DNA of 62,907 bases, filler included, from Pseudomonadota bacterium (GTDB lineage Bacteria; Bdellovibrionota_F; JAHFAK01; JBDREC01), in assembly GCA_043820105.1 (NCBI GenBank). It is 6 parts of 6 records of this genome, joined end to end, with 100 filler letters (N's around TTAATTAATTAA, not from the genome) between each part and the next. Parts side by side here need not be neighbours in the genome. Positions count along the whole stretch, not along the records: positions 1 to 12,878 come from JBDREC010000002.1; 5 more parts are not named here. The stretch is one strand, 5' to 3'. The position numbers and the translations under genes were made by a program. Positions within the stretch are counted from its first letter, which is position 1, and the number at the start of each line of letters is the position of its first letter. Under the pieces are notes generated by a model. The model had not been told where the DNA came from. It searched no databases and saw nothing but the letters and a program-made list of their open reading frames with translations. Positions 1 to 9,908 of this stretch are shown piece after piece.

Positions 1-150
1 TTTTCTGACAGAATTTCTTTCTTTACCATTAGCTTTATTAGTGTTTCTCTGAACAACTGTGTGATCTTGCCAATATTCCAATTATTGCAAGGATGAAATG
101 TAATATTGTCTTTATCTCTATAATCAAACAGACCATCAGAAAAAGAGAAG
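1..150 (-). mobile_element. Possible IS91-like (Y2 HUH) transposase internal fragment
   Basis: Minus-strand frame FSDGLFDYRDKDNITFHPCNNWNIGKITQLFRETLIKLMVKKEIL resembles the DG.F...LFR..L..L segment of IS91-type transposases. No start codon; begins at the 153 motif and runs off the window. Confidence 0.35.
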
Positions 151-152
151 AA

Positions 153-175
153 GGGTCAGGCCTTGACAATCTACA
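153..175 (+). repeat. GGGTCAGGCCTTGACAATCTACA motif, copy 1
   Basis: Identical to 9928-9950 and near-identical to the arms of the 4468-4616 inverted repeat. Confidence 0.85.
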
Positions 176-195
176 AAAAACACAATTCTCATAAC

Positions 196-400
196 TCAAT
201 AATAAATTAAGTCCCTCTCAACCCCCAATCCTCCAGGTCCCTTCAAAGCCACAAGCTCAACAAGATAAAAATATCCCCATTTTTTTTCAAAGCCGTCAAC
301 TAAGCCAAAGAAGATTCTGGTTTCAGGATTGAACTCATTTGCGTATCAGGTCCAACTTGATAGAGGAGAGATGATTTTACAGACAATTATGGTGTTTTGG
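196..400 (-). pseudogene. DUF2958-like pseudogene (fourth copy, not in ORF track)
   Basis: Manual translation IVCKIISPLSSWT*YANEFNPETRIFFGLVDGFEKKWGYFYLVELVALKGPGGLGVERDLIYY* is colinear with the three intact copies. TGA at 346-348 replaces a Trp codon; the N-terminus is degenerate. Confidence 0.88.
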
Positions 401-429
401 ATTGCTTGCTAGTAAGTATCTTCCATAGC

Positions 430-888
430 TCAATCATCATCATCTTCCTCTTGGAATAAGCTGAGTGAACACCCACAATCATCACTTGTTTTAACAATGA
501 CTTCTTTAGAGGCAATATATACATCTTCATATTCAAAACCCATGTCAAACTCATGCATTAAATAGGGTTCATTTTCTTCAAACCATTTGAATAATATATC
601 ATTATCTCTAAGTCCATCTTCTGGCCATAGCCAGAAAAGCAAACTTGTTAGTAAGTAATAACATTCCTCTTTAAATGCCTCATATTCTTCATCATAATCA
701 CCTTCTTCTTTATCGTAATATTCAAAGGCTTTTTGTGCAAAGGGATAAAGTGTTCTTGCCAGATCTTTGGAATCAGATTTTATACTTCCACATTTTAAGC
801 ATTGGAAATAATTGTTACATTTATGGTAAGATAAAATTTTATCAATTGTTTTTCTGTTGGTTATAGTTGTGATACAATCTTTTATCAT
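430..888 (-). CDS. Hypothetical protein, acidic, with CxxC motif
   Basis: 152-aa ORF with CLKC and an acidic C-terminus; no family recognised. Confidence 0.6.
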   Translation of the reverse strand: MIKDCITTITNRKTIDKILSYHKCNNYFQCLKCGSIKSDSKDLARTLYPFAQKAFEYYDKEEGDYDEEYEAFKEECYYLLTSLLFWLWPEDGLRDNDILFKWFEENEPYLMHEFDMGFEYEDVYIASKEVIVKTSDDCGCSLSLFQEEDDDD

Positions 889-1051
889 TGTTCTTAATTA
901 TTGAGCAGTTTTTATGTTTTTTTATACATAGAATTTTATAAAATGACAATCTATAATTAAAAAGTAGAAGCATAATTAATTCTAAATCAATATATCTTTG
1001 GAGTGTATGATTTTAAAGTAATCTAATGTTTTTTTTAACATGTGCAAATGT

Positions 1052-1315
1052 TTAGTAATACAAATCCCGCTCAACTCCCAACCCCATCGGCCCTTTGAGA
1101 GTCTCAAGCTCATTAAGACTAAAATACCCCCATTCTTTTTCATAACCATGAACTAGGCCATAAAAGATTCTGATTTCTGGATCATACTCTGTTGCATACC
1201 AGGTCCAGTTCAACCAGGGAGTGAAGAATTTGCAGATGATTTTGGGGTTTGGATTGTTTTCTTGTGAGCCTGTTTCTTTGAATTTTTTGATTAATTCTTT
1301 TGTTAGTAGTTTCAT
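1052..1315 (-). CDS. DUF2958-like protein, copy A
   Basis: KFFTPWLNWTWYATEYD...FYGLVHG.EKEWGYFSL.ELE...GLGVERDLY signature; AGGAG RBS upstream. Confidence 0.85.
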   Translation of the reverse strand: MKLLTKELIKKFKETGSQENNPNPKIICKFFTPWLNWTWYATEYDPEIRIFYGLVHGYEKEWGYFSLNELETLKGPMGLGVERDLYY

Positions 1316-1344
1316 GGTTAGCTCCTGTTTTAGTTAAATTATTA

Positions 1345-1367
1345 AAGGGTGAAGGGAGGATCCCTTC
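1345..1367. promoter_or_regulatory. Conserved DUF2958 leader hairpin A (GAAGGGA-GGA-TCCCTTC)
   Basis: Perfect 7-bp stem at 1351-1367 preceded by AAGGGT; same element at 7579-7601 and 10265-10289. Confidence 0.7.
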
Positions 1368-1518
1368 AAGTTTGAAAAAGAGGATCTGAAATTTAATTTT
1401 AAGAAGCTGAAAGTATTGATATATATACAAAAGTAACATTTTACATTTGATATCGCAGAAAAGATCTTGTAAAAATTAATATATTAGAATTGTTTTGCTT
1501 AGTAAATGGAAGGAAATA

Positions 1519-2796
1519 ATGAAGATATTACTTAAAGATACTTTATATTTAAATGAAAATCTGGAATTTATAAATAGTGATATTTTGATTGAAAATAATA
1601 AAATCAATCTTGATTTGAGTGCAAATAACATAGATGATGCTGAAATATTCGATTGCAAAGATTTAATTATTCTTCCTGGCTTGATTAATGCCCACAACCA
1701 TAATCCTTCAATTTCTATACGAGGTTTAACAAAAGAAGTTTCTCTTCATGATTGGTTTGATAATCCTGAAAAAGCTAAAACTTTTCAAACATATTTTGAT
1801 TATATTGAAAATAAATTATCAGAAGATGAATTTCAGGCCTTGTGCTTAAAAGGCTATATGGATCTTATTAAAAATGGAATCACTTTTACTGATAACTCTG
1901 GTTTTACATTTCGAAATTTAAGGCAGCATCAATGTGCTTTAGAAAAAATTGGTTTAAAGGGGATAATTGATGCATATGAAGAATACCCCGATTATATGGG
2001 CTTTAATAGTGACAACGTTATTTATGGCTCTGACTTGTTAGCTGAAGAAGTATTTACTGATGAAGAATTAAAATTAAGAGTTAAGATTAAGAAAGAATTT
2101 AATCCGATTTTTATGGGGCATTGTTTAGAGACAAAATATCGCAAAGAGTTTGTTTATGAAAAATTTGGCAAATCTTCAATTGAACTATTTAAGGAATATG
2201 GACTGCTTGATGAAAAGACTATTCTTTTTCATGGTGTTCATTTAAATGAAAATGATATAAATTTAATAAAAGAAGCAGGCGCTACTGTGGTTCATTGTCC
2301 ATTTGTTAACCTTGAATCAGGTGCTGGCCTTGCGGATATTTCTAGTTGGATGCGAGCTGGTATTAATGTTTGCCTTGGTACAGACTGGGGAAATATCAAT
2401 TTTTGGGAAAACATGAGAATGGCATATTGCTTTTTAAAATTAAACTCAAAGTTGGATGAGTTTAAAGCACAAGATGTTTTTAAAATGGTAACTCAAAATG
2501 GTGCTAGGGCTTATGGGTTTCAAAATAAAATTGGAAAAATAAAAGATGGTTTTTTAGCTGACCTGACATTTATCAATAAAAATGATTTAGATTTTGAACC
2601 AATAATCAATACAAAATCCTTTTCAAATCTGCTTCATAATATATTAATAAATTGTAATCGCGAAAAAATTGAGCATGTGATGATTAATGGTGAGTTTGTT
2701 TTAAAGGATAAGAAATTTCTTTCTGTTTGTGAAGATGATATTAATGATAGAGTTTCATTTATTCATAAAACTATTAAAAAAGAGTGTTTTAATTGA
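1519..2796 (+). CDS. Amidohydrolase family protein (MtaD/SsnA-like deaminase)
   Basis: PGLINAHNH, HCLET, FHGVHL, HCP, LGTD and G.I..G..AD motifs; ATG at 1519 after AAGGA preferred over 1495. Confidence 0.85.
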   Translation: MKILLKDTLYLNENLEFINSDILIENNKINLDLSANNIDDAEIFDCKDLIILPGLINAHNHNPSISIRGLTKEVSLHDWFDNPEKAKTFQTYFDYIENKLSEDEFQALCLKGYMDLIKNGITFTDNSGFTFRNLRQHQCALEKIGLKGIIDAYEEYPDYMGFNSDNVIYGSDLLAEEVFTDEELKLRVKIKKEFNPIFMGHCLETKYRKEFVYEKFGKSSIELFKEYGLLDEKTILFHGVHLNENDINLIKEAGATVVHCPFVNLESGAGLADISSWMRAGINVCLGTDWGNINFWENMRMAYCFLKLNSKLDEFKAQDVFKMVTQNGARAYGFQNKIGKIKDGFLADLTFINKNDLDFEPIINTKSFSNLLHNILINCNREKIEHVMINGEFVLKDKKFLSVCEDDINDRVSFIHKTIKKECFN

Positions 2797-3974
2797 AAGA
2801 AATATATAATATTATATTAAAAAAAGAATATTTCCTTATTTTTACAGTATTCTTTTTATTCTTTTTCTGTGAGGCTCCTTTTTCAGTCGGGAGTTCAATC
2901 TATTTAAAAAATCAAAATATTGAAGAACTCTGGGCTTATATTCTAACTGCATCTAACATTTCAATCCTTATAATGCCATTGATTATATCGAGATTTTCTC
3001 AGAAATTTGGAAATATAAATGTTTTAACATTTTCATTAGTAATAGTTATTGCAATGTTTTCGCTGGTTTTATTTAAATTTAATTATGTCTATCTGGCGTT
3101 TTTTAGCTTTCCATTCTTTATAAGAGTTTTTAATAATACGCTTACGCCATATATCGCTAAAATTGAAGATGATCATGAAAAGTCTTTGGTTTTTTCTATA
3201 AGAGATATATTTTTATCACTAGGAATCGCATGCGGGTTTTTGTTTTCAAGTTATTTAGCTAAAGACAGCTTTAATTTTAAATCTAATGTGTTTATAGTGA
3301 CTATTATTCTCATTTTAATTTTTATAGTTATTAAAGTTTTTAAAACTAATGATACAAAAATAAGTGCTAACAAAAAGCTTAAGTTATTTCAGCTTCCTTT
3401 TAAAGAAGTTAAGAACAAGAAAAGTTTAGCAGCATTTATTATAATTTCATCAGGCTTATCATGGGTATTAATTACTGTTTCATTTTTGCCTATCTATCTA
3501 ACAAGTTTGGGGTTTGAATCAAAATTTATTTTTGATTATTACTCATTAGCATATTTTATTGTACCTTTTTTGGGTTTAATTGCTGCAATGAAATTGAAAA
3601 ATATTAATAAGAAATATATTTATATTTTTGATATAAGTTTTGATATTTTACCTTTAGCATTAATATGCATTTCTCAGAGTGTTTTGGGTATTATTCTTTC
3701 AATAGTCTTATTTCAAGCTCGTGATTTTGTAAAACCAATTAGCTTAGCCTATTTCTTTGAGTCATTTGAAAATAATGAAATCGAAGCTGCTTGGAGTTTA
3801 AATGCTTCAATAAGTGGTGCTATATCTATTTTATCACCAATAATTATTATGTATTTTTACCAAATATCACCTCTTAGTATATTTTTAATTTCGATTCTAA
3901 TCGTGTTATTGATAACTGTTATTGGAATAAAATATTTACCCAATAATATTAAAGAAAAAAAACAAGCATCGTAA
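2793..3974 (+). CDS. MFS-type membrane transporter
   Basis: 393 aa with about 12 hydrophobic segments; SRFSQKFG loop-2 motif; overlaps the amidohydrolase stop by 4 nt. Confidence 0.75.
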   Translation: MKEIYNIILKKEYFLIFTVFFLFFFCEAPFSVGSSIYLKNQNIEELWAYILTASNISILIMPLIISRFSQKFGNINVLTFSLVIVIAMFSLVLFKFNYVYLAFFSFPFFIRVFNNTLTPYIAKIEDDHEKSLVFSIRDIFLSLGIACGFLFSSYLAKDSFNFKSNVFIVTIILILIFIVIKVFKTNDTKISANKKLKLFQLPFKEVKNKKSLAAFIIISSGLSWVLITVSFLPIYLTSLGFESKFIFDYYSLAYFIVPFLGLIAAMKLKNINKKYIYIFDISFDILPLALICISQSVLGIILSIVLFQARDFVKPISLAYFFESFENNEIEAAWSLNASISGAISILSPIIIMYFYQISPLSIFLISILIVLLITVIGIKYLPNNIKEKKQAS

Positions 3975-4033
3975 ATTACAAAGGAATGAAAATGAGACTA
4001 ATTACTTTATGCTGCCTTATTTCAATAAGGTGA

Positions 4034-4276
4034 TTGTACGGAGGTATTGCAGATATTAAAACCATCACCTCCGTATATGGTTTTTTTCTCTATGTAGGTA
4101 ATAGTCGGGGTGGTTTTGAATATAGAAATAGTGAATTCGGGGACCTTTTTGAAATATTTTTTGAAAATAATTCTGAAGATGAGTTGATTGGACTTGATAT
4201 CGAAGAAGCTGTGCATTTTTCTTTATGGGAATCAAATGAATCAACTGAATGTAAGTTCGTGGCCTTTAAGAGGTGA
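4034..4276 (+). CDS. Hypothetical protein (possibly a fragment)
   Basis: 80-aa ORF, TTG start after AAGGTG; no family recognised. Confidence 0.35.
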   Translation: MYGGIADIKTITSVYGFFLYVGNSRGGFEYRNSEFGDLFEIFFENNSEDELIGLDIEEAVHFSLWESNESTECKFVAFKR

Positions 4277-4285
4277 ATTGAAGTT

Positions 4286-4465
4286 TTAGATTCTTATTAA
4301 TTCAAAAGCTAGTTTTGTTGCTCTTGCTTCTGATATTTTTTTCAATGCTTTTCCCTTCTGATGCTTATTAAAGAGCATTTTCGCTTTTCTTCTTTTCCCA
4401 CATGCACACTGCCTTATGAAAAGATAGGCTAGGTGATCCATTAGGAATTTGTTATTTCCAACAAG
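4286..4465 (-). pseudogene. 5'-truncated paralogue of ORF 12562-12864
   Basis: Manual translation VGNNKFLMDHLAYLFIRQCACGKRRKAKMLFNKHQKGKALKKISEARATKLAFELIRI* aligns without gaps to the C-terminal 58 aa of 12562-12864; homology stops at the 4467 repeat. Confidence 0.85.
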
Positions 4466-4467
4466 TG

Positions 4468-4616
4468 GGGCCAGGCCTTGACATTCTACAGCAAAGCTAA
4501 CAAATTAAATGGCGAATACAATAACAGACTGAAATCATTGGAACATTGGGCAACGGTAGAATTGTCTTATTTTCAGGGCACTTATTCAATTGCTGTCGAA
4601 TGTCAAGGCCTGGCCC
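4468..4616. repeat. 27-bp inverted repeat pair (REP/MITE-like)
   Basis: GGGCCAGGCCTTGACATTCTACAGCAA (4468-4494) vs reverse complement of 4590-4616: one mismatch, 95-bp spacer. Confidence 0.9.
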
Positions 4617-4759
4617 TTTATTTTTAAAGTATTATGGGGATCAGACACAATATTAGTTAATAGCTATGTTATGGATTCATTTTTTTTGAGTGGAGATAAC
4701 TCCAATGGGACAACTGTTGAATATATCATTTTAGAAATGTATTAATAGGACAAAATATT

Positions 4760-4909
4760 ATGAATAAACTTTCAATAATGATTATCATTTTATCAATTTC
4801 ACTTAATATGTTTGCTTCTTCCAAATACTCAGTTACCAAAGTCATCGATGGTGACACAATCGAATGCACAGATGGCAATATCAACTTTCGAGTCCGCTTG
4901 GCTGGCTAA
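4760..4909 (+). pseudogene. Truncated thermonuclease (SNase-like) N-terminus
   Basis: MNKLSIMIIILSISLNMFASSKYSVTKVIDGDTIECTDGNINFRVRLAG*: signal peptide plus VIDGDT and VRLAG motifs, ending prematurely at a small palindrome AAGGACTA-TAT-TAGTCCTT. Confidence 0.8.
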
Positions 4910-5057
4910 GGACTATATTAGTCCTTGTAAGTATAGGAAGATGAAGAAATAACTTTTTCAAACGTTTGAAAAAAACATTTCATTTGATCTTGCAAAATAG
5001 GTAAATTTCTAAAATAATATTTTTATTAAATTAAAAATAGATAGATTGAGATTTGAA

Positions 5058-6104
5058 ATGAAAAAGAATCAAATTGTTCCCAACAACACTTTTACTGAAT
5101 TTCTTCTTTATAAATCACCTAATGGCAATGTAAAAGTTGAAATATTTTTAAAGGATGAAAATGTTTGGTTAACTCAGGATAAAATTGCTCAGCTTTTTGG
5201 TGTACAAAGACCAGCTATTACCAAGCATCTTAAAAACATATTTGAAAGTGGTGAATTGCATGAAAAAATGGTTAGTTCCATTTTGGAACTTACCACAAAG
5301 CATGGTGCTATTAAAGGAAAAACTCAAAAAAAGCCAGTTAAGTTTTACAACCTAGATGCAATCCTATCTGTTGGTTATCGTGTTAATTCCAAGCAAGCAA
5401 CTATGTTTCGAATATGGGCAACAGAGCGTTTAAAAGAATACATTATCAAAGGCTTTACTATGGATGATGAGCGCTTAAAAAATCCTAATAATATTTTTGG
5501 TAAAGATTATTTTGAAGAGCAGCTGGAAAGAATTAGAGACATCAGGTCTAGTGAAAGAAGGTTTTATCAAAAAATTACTGATATTTATTCTCAGTGCAGT
5601 AGTGATTATTCCAAAGACAGCGAAGAGACAAAGAAGTTTTTTGCAACTGTGCAAAATAAATTACATTGGGCAATCAGCGGTCAAACGGCTGCTGAAATTA
5701 TAGCAGATAGAGCCAGTAGTAAAAAGCAGAATATGGGACTTACTTCTTGGAAAAATGCTCCTTCAGGAAATATTAGAAAATCAGATGTAGCTATTGCTAA
5801 AAATTATTTAGATGAAAATGAATTAGAAAGTCTTAATCTCATTGTTACAATGTATCTTGATTATGCTGAATTGCAGGCAAAAAAGCGAATTGTAATGACA
5901 ATGAAGGATTGGGTCTCTAAACTTGATGCATTCTTAAGATTTAATGAACAAGATATTTTAAAAAATCTGGGAAAAGTAAATAGCGAAATAGCTAAAAAGT
6001 TTGCTGAAGAAGAGTATGAAAGATATAGAGTGATTTCTGACAAACTCTATGAAAGCGATTTTGATAAAGAAATTAAGAAAATTACAAAGAAAGAGAAGAA
6101 ATAA
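5058..6104 (+). CDS. RhuM family protein
   Basis: VWLTQ..IA.LF, YNLDAILSVGYRVNS, FRIWAT..LKEYIIKGF.MDDERLK, IRDIRSSERRFYQKITDIY, VQNKLHWA. Confidence 0.92.
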   Translation: MKKNQIVPNNTFTEFLLYKSPNGNVKVEIFLKDENVWLTQDKIAQLFGVQRPAITKHLKNIFESGELHEKMVSSILELTTKHGAIKGKTQKKPVKFYNLDAILSVGYRVNSKQATMFRIWATERLKEYIIKGFTMDDERLKNPNNIFGKDYFEEQLERIRDIRSSERRFYQKITDIYSQCSSDYSKDSEETKKFFATVQNKLHWAISGQTAAEIIADRASSKKQNMGLTSWKNAPSGNIRKSDVAIAKNYLDENELESLNLIVTMYLDYAELQAKKRIVMTMKDWVSKLDAFLRFNEQDILKNLGKVNSEIAKKFAEEEYERYRVISDKLYESDFDKEIKKITKKEKK

Positions 6105-6165
6105 GTTAATTTATTCTTAAATTGATGCGGTACTTTAGTTGGCTTTTAATATGACAGGATATATT

Positions 6166-6293
6166 TTGTCCATAAATTTATGCTTTAAAAAGTTAATATC
6201 TACTGAAGACGATTACTTTCATATAAATTAATATATTTTATTTTCAAGTCAAAAACTGTCCACAGCATAATATATATTGCCCCATTGTTCATA
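6166..6293 (+). promoter_or_regulatory. Three degenerate DnaA-box-like 9-mers
   Basis: TTGTCCATA (6166), CTGTCCACA (6256) and TTGTTCATA (6285) versus consensus TTATNCACA, all upstream of the DnaA-like gene. Confidence 0.35.
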
Positions 6294-6309
6294 ATTACTG
6301 GAGACAAAG

Positions 6310-7275
6310 ATGGGACTTTGGGAAAAGATGCAAGGTAGTCTTAAGCAAGAGATTGGGGCTGTATATTATGATCAGTGGGTGAGGCCACTTGAACTAATAA
6401 AAGAGGGTGATGGTGAGATTGAGCTGGGTACTTTTAATATTAATATTAGCAAGTTTATTAGTGAGCATTATGTTCCTTTATTTAAAGCAGTTGCAAAAAA
6501 AGAATATAAGAAGATAATTAATTTCAGGATTAATGCTGAAAGCAAAGATATGTATGGAGATGTTTTTGTAAAGACAGGGCAAGAAGATATTGATATTAGC
6601 ATATGTCCTAATTTTAATTTTGATAATTTTATTGTAGCACACAAAAACCAGAAGTTTATAAGTTGTCTTAAGAAGGTTTGTTTAGTAAAAGAGGTTGTTT
6701 GTGTACCTATTATTATTGCAGCAAAAAGCGGGCTTGGAAAGACTCATTTGCTTCATGCTATTGCTAATGAGATTAAGGCTAACATGCCTAGGGCCAATAT
6801 TACTTTTTTATCTTTTGAGACTTATATAGATAATTTTGATAATTTAAATATGCCTGTTGATAAGAAGGGTAGGAATATTTTATTGCTAGATAATATGGAT
6901 AATTTTTGCAGGATGCATTTGTTTGAAAAGGATAATTTAGCTGAGCATAAGAAGTTTTTTGCTACATTTGATAGGGTATTTATTGCAAGTACTGCCTCAA
7001 AGGATAACCTAGCTGATCAACTCAATAAACATTTTCATGATTTTAAGCTTTATGAAATATTCAAGCTTGATTTTAATTCCAGGCTCAAATTTTTAAGGCA
7101 GCGTTTTGATAGGCATGGTCTTTTAGTAAAGGATAGTGATGTCGAGTTTTTGGCAAGGATGCTTGATAAGGATTTGAGTTATCTTGAGTCTACAGTATTA
7201 AGGCTAAAGGCAATTAGCAGTTTAAGTAAAAAAGCAGTTGATAAGGATTTGATAAGACGAGTTGTGCGGTTTTAG
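6310..7275 (+). CDS. DnaA-like AAA+ protein lacking domain IV
   Basis: DnaA domain I-like start (W...L...YDQWVRPL), FNFDNFIV, Walker A SGLGKTHLLHAIANE, degenerate Walker B LLLDNMD; ends at 321 aa without the DNA-binding domain. Confidence 0.82.
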   Translation: MGLWEKMQGSLKQEIGAVYYDQWVRPLELIKEGDGEIELGTFNINISKFISEHYVPLFKAVAKKEYKKIINFRINAESKDMYGDVFVKTGQEDIDISICPNFNFDNFIVAHKNQKFISCLKKVCLVKEVVCVPIIIAAKSGLGKTHLLHAIANEIKANMPRANITFLSFETYIDNFDNLNMPVDKKGRNILLLDNMDNFCRMHLFEKDNLAEHKKFFATFDRVFIASTASKDNLADQLNKHFHDFKLYEIFKLDFNSRLKFLRQRFDRHGLLVKDSDVEFLARMLDKDLSYLESTVLRLKAISSLSKKAVDKDLIRRVVRF

Positions 7276-7285
7276 CCTAAATGGA

Positions 7286-7552
7286 TCAATTAAAATTCAA
7301 ATCCCTTTCAACTCCCAAACCACCAGGCCCTTTCAAAGCCTCAAGTTCATCTAGTGAAAAATATCCCCATTCATTTTCAAAGCCATGGACTAGGCCATAA
7401 AAGATTCTGGTTTCTGGATCATATTCTGTTGCGTACCAGGTCCAATTAGCCCAGGTAGTGAAGAATTTGCAGATGATTGAGGGATTGGGATTGTTTTCTT
7501 GTGAGCCGGTTTCTTGGAATTTTTTGATTAGGTCTTTTGTTAGTAGTTTCAT
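7286..7552 (-). CDS. DUF2958-like protein, copy B
   Basis: Near-identical to copies A and C; AAGGAG RBS. Confidence 0.85.
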   Translation of the reverse strand: MKLLTKDLIKKFQETGSQENNPNPSIICKFFTTWANWTWYATEYDPETRIFYGLVHGFENEWGYFSLDELEALKGPGGLGVERDLNFN

Positions 7553-7578
7553 TTTGTGCTCCTTTGGGTTTTGTTAAT

Positions 7579-7601
7579 AAGGGTGAAGGGAGAATCCCTT
7601 C
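7579..7601. promoter_or_regulatory. Conserved DUF2958 leader hairpin B (GAAGGGA-GAA-TCCCTTC)
   Basis: Same element as 1345-1367 with a loop substitution only. Confidence 0.7.
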
Positions 7602-7737
7602 ATTTTAAAAGTTGATCTTAATTTTATTGTTCGAGGTGCATGGAACTATCAGTGGGTATTGTTTGTGCTTGAGAATTATATTTTGAGAGGATAGATTATT
7701 TGTATAATTACTGATTTTATTTTGGGAAGATCTAGTA

Positions 7738-8724
7738 ATGAATAAAGTTAAATGCACTTATTTTCTGATATTAATTATGCTTACTTCCTGTCAGGCTTTC
7801 AAGCATACTCCTAAACCATCAAACAATGAAGAATGGCCCAGGATAATAAGCATGGGTGCAGAATTTGAGGAATTTATTAAACTATCTAGAGGTTTGGAGC
7901 CTGAATCTAAAGTGAGATTGTTTAGATCAATGTTTACTGATAAATATCCAGATGTTTATGACAGCTTGGTTTTTGAAAGATATCTTGTTAAGGATTATGC
8001 TAAGGAAAAGCAGGAAAGGCTTGATAGGTATGTTCCCAGGCTTGACCGAATTTCGACGAGGATGGAACCAATATTCAAAGAACTTGCTGTGATCTTGCCG
8101 GAAAATATGCAGGAGTTTAAAAAGCTATTTCCAAGCGCTGATTTTAGGTATTATATTTATGTTATGCCATCTTTAAAGTTTAACGGCAAGGTTGGTTTTT
8201 TAAAGGACGGATCAACTGTCATTGCTTTTGGGGTGGATAGGCTGCTAAGTAAAGCAGATCTTAATGTGCTTGTAAGTCATGAACTCTTTCATGCTTTTCA
8301 TATTCAAAATGCTCAGATTATGGATGAGTGGATAAAGGGTGATTTTACTTATGCACATTATATGTGGCTTGAGGGGATGGCAGTTTATGCAAGTGGCTTA
8401 TTGAATCCAAAAAAGAATGATGATGTTTTATTAGATAGTAAGGAGTTGTCTTTAAATTGTCAGAAGCATGCCAGGGAATATATTATAAAATTTAGAGAAG
8501 TATCAGCTAAAAGTTTTTCTGATCCTGAGTATTTGGATGTTTTTTCCATGTGGTTTGGAGGCAAAGAAACTAATTCCGATATGCCAGCAAGAGCTGCCTA
8601 TTGTGTGGGCTTAAATATTGTAAGAGATATTGCAAAGGAGCATGATTTTAATGACATGCTAAAATGGAAGTTTGATTATGTCACAGGGATTGTTGAGAAG
8701 AAAATGAATGAGGCTAGTCAATAG
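7738..8724 (+). CDS. Lipoprotein, putative Zn-dependent protease (DUF2268-like gluzincin)
   Basis: Lipobox LTSC; HELFH followed by LEGMA; late AAYCVG motif. Confidence 0.7.
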   Translation: MNKVKCTYFLILIMLTSCQAFKHTPKPSNNEEWPRIISMGAEFEEFIKLSRGLEPESKVRLFRSMFTDKYPDVYDSLVFERYLVKDYAKEKQERLDRYVPRLDRISTRMEPIFKELAVILPENMQEFKKLFPSADFRYYIYVMPSLKFNGKVGFLKDGSTVIAFGVDRLLSKADLNVLVSHELFHAFHIQNAQIMDEWIKGDFTYAHYMWLEGMAVYASGLLNPKKNDDVLLDSKELSLNCQKHAREYIIKFREVSAKSFSDPEYLDVFSMWFGGKETNSDMPARAAYCVGLNIVRDIAKEHDFNDMLKWKFDYVTGIVEKKMNEASQ

Positions 8725-8858
8725 ATTATAAGTGTTAAAAAAAAACCCTTGCATTCGTAGAATACAAATTTATAGCCATCAAGAGGGAAAAATGTTGCAA
8801 TGTGTTGAGTATTGTAATATGAAATGGAATTACTGAATAAATAATACTGAGGTTACCT

Positions 8859-9557
8859 ATGAAAATAAATACAATATTTTTCCTAATATTTTCATTAATT
8901 CTTGTTTTTTCAATTAGCTTTAGCTTGGAATTTGGTAATGATTGCATTGATGATCTTGGAAAAAGAATAGGCAGAAATAAAATTACTGCAAGTTTTGAAA
9001 AAATTATAACATATTCAGATTCAACAAGATACAATTCAGGTGAAGACTTTTTGGATCTTAAAGGGCTAAGTTTAAGCTCTCCAATGGAACTAACTCTTTC
9101 AAATGATTATAATACTGTATCAGTAAAATTTGATTTTCAGTATAATTCAGATTTAGTTCTAAGTTATCATCTCTTAACTAGTTATTCACCTTTTCAGAGT
9201 AATTATCTTTGTGAAAATAATGGAATTTCAGTTAAAGCATCAAGCTTAGCTCAAAAAGTTAGCTTTCAAGAACCAGCTATTGTAGGGCAGTCATCTGAGT
9301 TAAAAAGCATCTTAAATAGAGTGTATACTAAATATATTAAGAATCTAAGTGGATCTAATGTGATGCCATTTGAAATTGAAGCAAATGAAGATGATTTTTA
9401 TAGTAGTGGTTATGAAATGCCTGCTATGCCGGATCCATTTCAATCAAAAAATGTTTTTATTTCCTTTTCATCTGTTGATGATGGATATCTCATTATTGAT
9501 GATGGAAGTGAATTAAAATACTTATATAAGATTGATCCTTATGAATTGGAGAGGTAA
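8859..9557 (+). CDS. Hypothetical exported protein
   Basis: N-terminal signal peptide, GAGG RBS; no family recognised. Confidence 0.7.
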   Translation: MKINTIFFLIFSLILVFSISFSLEFGNDCIDDLGKRIGRNKITASFEKIITYSDSTRYNSGEDFLDLKGLSLSSPMELTLSNDYNTVSVKFDFQYNSDLVLSYHLLTSYSPFQSNYLCENNGISVKASSLAQKVSFQEPAIVGQSSELKSILNRVYTKYIKNLSGSNVMPFEIEANEDDFYSSGYEMPAMPDPFQSKNVFISFSSVDDGYLIIDDGSELKYLYKIDPYELER

Positions 9558-9771
9558 AAGGATTCCATAGCTTTTTTAAGTGACTTAAACCTTCCTATTA
9601 AGAGTGACTGTTATAACTAATTAGTTCCCATCCCGAAATTCTAAATCGCAGAATTATCAAGGATAAGAGACAATATTCTTGAAAAATAATCAGGGCTTTT
9701 GTATCCTCCAAATATAAATTAAAAAATCAAACAATATTGCGGAACCCCGCAATATCCAAGGAGGAAAAGCC

Positions 9772-9908
9772 CTGAGGAGAGAAATTATAAAAGATCAACA
9801 AGCACTTGTCGAGACAAATTTTGAGCATCAACATGCAAAAGAATTGGAAAAAATATCAGAACTATTAGACGAATCAAAAAAGATCATGGAACTTGTCCAG
9901 AAATTATA
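9772..9908 (+). mobile_element. Transposase N-terminal remnant (ISNCY/IS5-like)
   Basis: After AAGGAGG the frame reads RREIIKDQQALVETNFEHQHAKELEKISELLDESKKIMELVQ, like the H..a.EL..IS.iLD....l.lv start of ISNCY transposases; cut at the 9909 motif. Confidence 0.55.
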
